From: the human T2T-CHM13v2.0 reference genome, Homo sapiens
DNA: 64,000 bases
Assembly: GCF_009914755.1 (NCBI RefSeq)
Contig: NC_060941.1
Strand: one strand, 5' to 3'
This document shows positions 59,946-64,000 of the stretch, one piece after another; within the stretch, counting starts at the first letter, position 1; every line of letters begins with the position of its first letter. A model generated the notes under the pieces. The model was not told the DNA's origin. It saw nothing but the letters and a program-made list of their open reading frames with translations, and did not search any database. Made by a program: the position numbers and the translations under genes.

Positions 59946-62603
59946 TCTTGTTCTGTTCAAAGCAAAACACACATTTTCATTCTTTCAAAACTGTCCTTAT
60001 GTTTCCTGTGGAATGCCCTGGACTCAGGGTTTGGGGGAGCCGGTCATTATATCACACCCGGGGTTTTCGCTGGAAAGAGCCTCAAGCCGTATGTGCTCTC
60101 CCGACGCCATCCTCCCCACAGTTGGCTGTTGAGAATTTTTTCTCTTTGGAGGACTGTGGGGTCTCTCTAGCCTGGCCATCCTGAGTCCAAGTTTCTTTTC
60201 CCTGACAACAGACAAATGAGCGAGTAGCCCTCTCAGTCCACGAGCTGACCCTTCAGAGGCTGGGGTTGCAAACCCTGATCCTTGGTGGGCTGGGGTCGGC
60301 CTCTGGGAGCCCCTCCTTCAGAGTGAGGGGCTGGTGCAGGTTTTCTTTTCTCCTCACTGAGAGTTTTTTCTGCTGCCTGAGAGAAGAGGGTGAAGGCTCC
60401 CGGTAAAGAGGATGGGGTGCAGGCTCCTGAGCCCACCGACAGCCCCGTCCAGCGCTGACCTGTGGGAAAACGGCCTCTTGGCAGGTCAGTCCAGGCGGTG
60501 GTTTCCCTGGAGCCAGGGGCTGGGTTCCAGAGCCCGGCCTTCCACCCCTACAGCGGGCAGGGCTGACGGGCGCGAAACTGGGAGCGTAGCTCTGGGAGGT
60601 GGCCTCGGGGAACCATTTTCCCACCGGGCGGGCCCTTTTGTTCTCCTGTCTGTGCGCGCAGGGCAGCCAGGTCCCGGGATGGACCCTATTTTGAGAGATT
60701 TATTGACTTTCTTTTTCTTTTGAAAGGGCTGTGGCCAGGCAGAATATTGAAGCGAAGGAGCCCGACAGTAGCCGCTCTCTCAGGGTCTAAGGCAACAGAG
60801 AGCTCCCAGGTGTGTATAGAGCGGGGCGGGAGTCGGGTCTGCAGGACGGCCGGTGAGGAAAGGCCACGAGGTCTGCAGCTGGGGGCCGGGCCGTGCTCAG
60901 CGGTGTGTGGTGGGGACACCAGGAAAGGCTGTGGGGGGTCTTGGGAGTCGGCACCCTCCCTGAGGGGCCCTAAGTCCCTGCCAGCTTGTGGAACCAGAGG
61001 GTCCCTGGAACAGTCTGTGTGGACCCCCAGGGTCCTCTCTCCACCCCCGGGCGTTGACCTCCTGCGGGATGCTGACCTGACTGGGGTGTGTGGGGGTGTG
61101 CCCATGTGTGTCCTTGAGTGGGTATGTGTAGGGGTGCGTGTGTGTGGCTGTGCAAATCGCCAACGACAATCTTCCGTCCAGGGAAACGGACGCCGTGTCC
61201 CTAGGAGGAGTGTGGCTTTTCCTGTCCTGGGCTGGGGATGTGGGACCCCTTTTAACCTACTTTTGAGAGCAGATCTGGGGGGGCTTGTTTTTTAAAAATC
61301 ACAAAATAAACATAACTATTGTTCTCCCACTGATGAAATTACCCATTTTCACGACCCAGGGGCGATCTGTTTTCATCCCTTCGTGTAGGCCACTGCGGAC
61401 CTTTTCTCCTTTTATGCACACGACAGTATGTTTTCAGGCTTTTCCAAATTAGGAGCACATTTCATATATTTGTATAATTTTCTGGATTGATTTTTAAAAT
61501 GGAATCTTGTGGACAGACTTCTGTGACCTTAACTGTGGATTTACATCAGGCTAATGGTTGTGAAGGTTTTTATTTTGTGAACACCATCAATGGATGTTGA
61601 GATTTTAGGTTCCCTTTTTCCTTGCATTATAAACAATGCTTTTTCTCTCCTTCTCCCTTTGCATACACTCCCAGCAGTGTCAGTGAGCTGGGGCCTCGTG
61701 CTCCTGGGTCCTGGCGGGGCACGAGGCTGGTACGGGGAGCTTCTCCTAGACTGTGTGGCCCCTTAGCAGTGTTCCTACCGTGCAAAGGCCCTTCCTGGTT
61801 TACAGAAAGGATCTGGAGGGGGAGAAGAGCCTCGCGGCCCGCATGATGTTGGACCAGCGTTTGCCTCCTTCTGAGGCCCCCGCCTCCCACCAGGCCTGGC
61901 GCTGCTTTTCACATCTCCGCCCCAGCCCAGGTCCAGCGTGTCTGAGTGTGGACTCACCCTCTGTTCCCAGCCCCAGTCCATGGATGTGAATAAAACGGAA
62001 ACTAGAATTCAGGAGCCTGAGAGGCCAGGATGCCAATCTCTGTAACCTCAGGACAGAGGCCTAGGGGCAGGGGGGCCTGAGTGACAGGCCAGGGGAAATG
62101 GGGGGCTGTGTGACAGGCCAGGGACAATGGGGGGCTGTAGCCATACTAGCCATACACGGGCTGAGGCCCAGGGTGTCCCCTGGCCGCTGTCCTCTGCATA
62201 GGCCCTGAGGCCAGGGACTCCTCCCACCTTGTTCTGGGCACTGGGGGCTCAGCTCAGGCCTGTTCCAGCCCCACTTTGATGCCCAGGAAGTCCCAGGATG
62301 AAATCACAGGGACAGAAGCCGGGGCTACGGCTAAGACCCTTTGACATGGAAATGCTGATTCGGTGGCTCAGGGGCTTCCCACCCAGCTCCCTCGGGAGGC
62401 CTAGGCCAGGGCGTCAGGGTGGGGTGCCCGAGCCTGTTCTCCCTGCCGGAGGGCCGGTGTCCAGGGGCCATTGTCCAGGCCAGGGCTCACCCGAAAGGCC
62501 TGGAGCCTCACACGCTTTCAGGTAGGAAGTGTCCTCGGGAGCCTGGGTGGCCCCTGCAGTTGTTTTGGGAAGGTTTTGCTCTGATTTTTTCCTGCATAGC
62601 TGA

Positions 62604-63332
<729 letters not shown>

Positions 63333-63334
63333 AG

Positions 63335-63448
63335 CACGGGGTCTTTCTTTATTTCCCAGGTGGGTCTTGAACTCTTGGGCTCAGGTGGTCCTCTTGCCTC
63401 GGCCTCTCAAAGTGCTGGGATTACAGGCGTCAGACACTGCGCCTGGCC
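63335..63448 (-). mobile_element. Older Alu left monomer/FLAM (AluJ-like) abutting the AluY
   Basis: ggtcttgaactcttgggctcaggtggtcctcttgcctcggcctctcaaagtgctgggattacaggcgt...cctggcc. Confidence 0.82.
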
Positions 63449-64000
63449 ACATTTTTTATGTGTGTGATTCACAACAGGGGTTTAGGGAAGGGAAGAGATA
63501 GCAAAAAGAAAAGTTCTCGTCTCAGTCAGTACCCCTGCCCCAACAAAAACCCCAACCAAAAAGCCTCACAGTAATTATCTCCAGCAATTTCCACCCTTTC
63601 TCCCTAAGAAATTTGAGTTGGGTGGTGGGTGGGAGGGCTTGTGCTCCCCCAGAAGCACTGAGGGAGAGGGAGGTGCCAGCGTCCACCCTTTGTGTTAGGT
63701 TTAAGCAAGTGCTGTCTCTGGTGCGTGGGGCCAGGGCCGGATGTCGTCGAAACACCGGAGCAGCCCAGGACTCGTCGCAGAGGGGAGCAGGGTGTATCTT
63801 ACAGGGGCCGATGGTGCAGTCAAACCTCAGGGTCTACGGTTTTTATGGTTGCCTCGAGTCTCGTCCAGGCTGGGTTGTCTTGGAACCGGGTCTCCTGTCC
63901 AGTGTTTGCACGGTGTCATTAAAAATCACAAAACGTATGGAAGTGGTGGGTAAAGACTTTTCAACTTTGGTGATTTTGTTCTTCCCAATGGTGGAGAGAG

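Noticed and set aside
61290-61690. AT-rich block as a candidate enhancer
   Set aside because: Phrases such as catacactcccagcagtgt suggest a highly decayed L1ME fragment. It is too diverged to call either way.

Overview
Human-type (Alu-containing, primate), GC-rich DNA carrying one complete protein-coding gene, METRNL (meteorin-like). It is on the + strand with 4 coding exons (28201-28370, 33324-33709, 41626-41685, 42715-43034; 936 nt = 311 aa + stop), all with canonical GT-AG junctions, and a large CpG-island promoter (~27000-29950). From prior knowledge METRNL lies in the 17q25.3 subtelomeric region, which fits the very high minisatellite density here (about 20 tandem arrays, units 10-85 bp). 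The rest is interspersed repeat (Alu, MaLR LTRs MLT1A0/MSTA/MLT1B-C, a MER21/MER77-like LTR, MER44A, Arthur1-like hAT, L1, L2, MIR) and unique GC-rich sequence. Nearly all long ORFs in the supplied track are artefacts of stop-poor tandem repeats or CpG-island composition. I found no new multi-gene system. The best leads are regulatory or evolutionary: (i) a strong-Kozak 14-codon uORF 150 nt upstream of the METRNL ATG; (ii) a 1.5-kb CpG-dense VNTR in which a one-G indel switches each unit between a perfect EGR1/WT1 site and a CTCF-like core; (iii) other VNTRs that are arrays of single TF motifs with higher-order structure; (iv) two minisatellites that arose inside old transposons; (v) candidate enhancers at ~1.1 kb and ~1.9 kb. 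Repeat family names are from recalled consensus sequences, not from a search.
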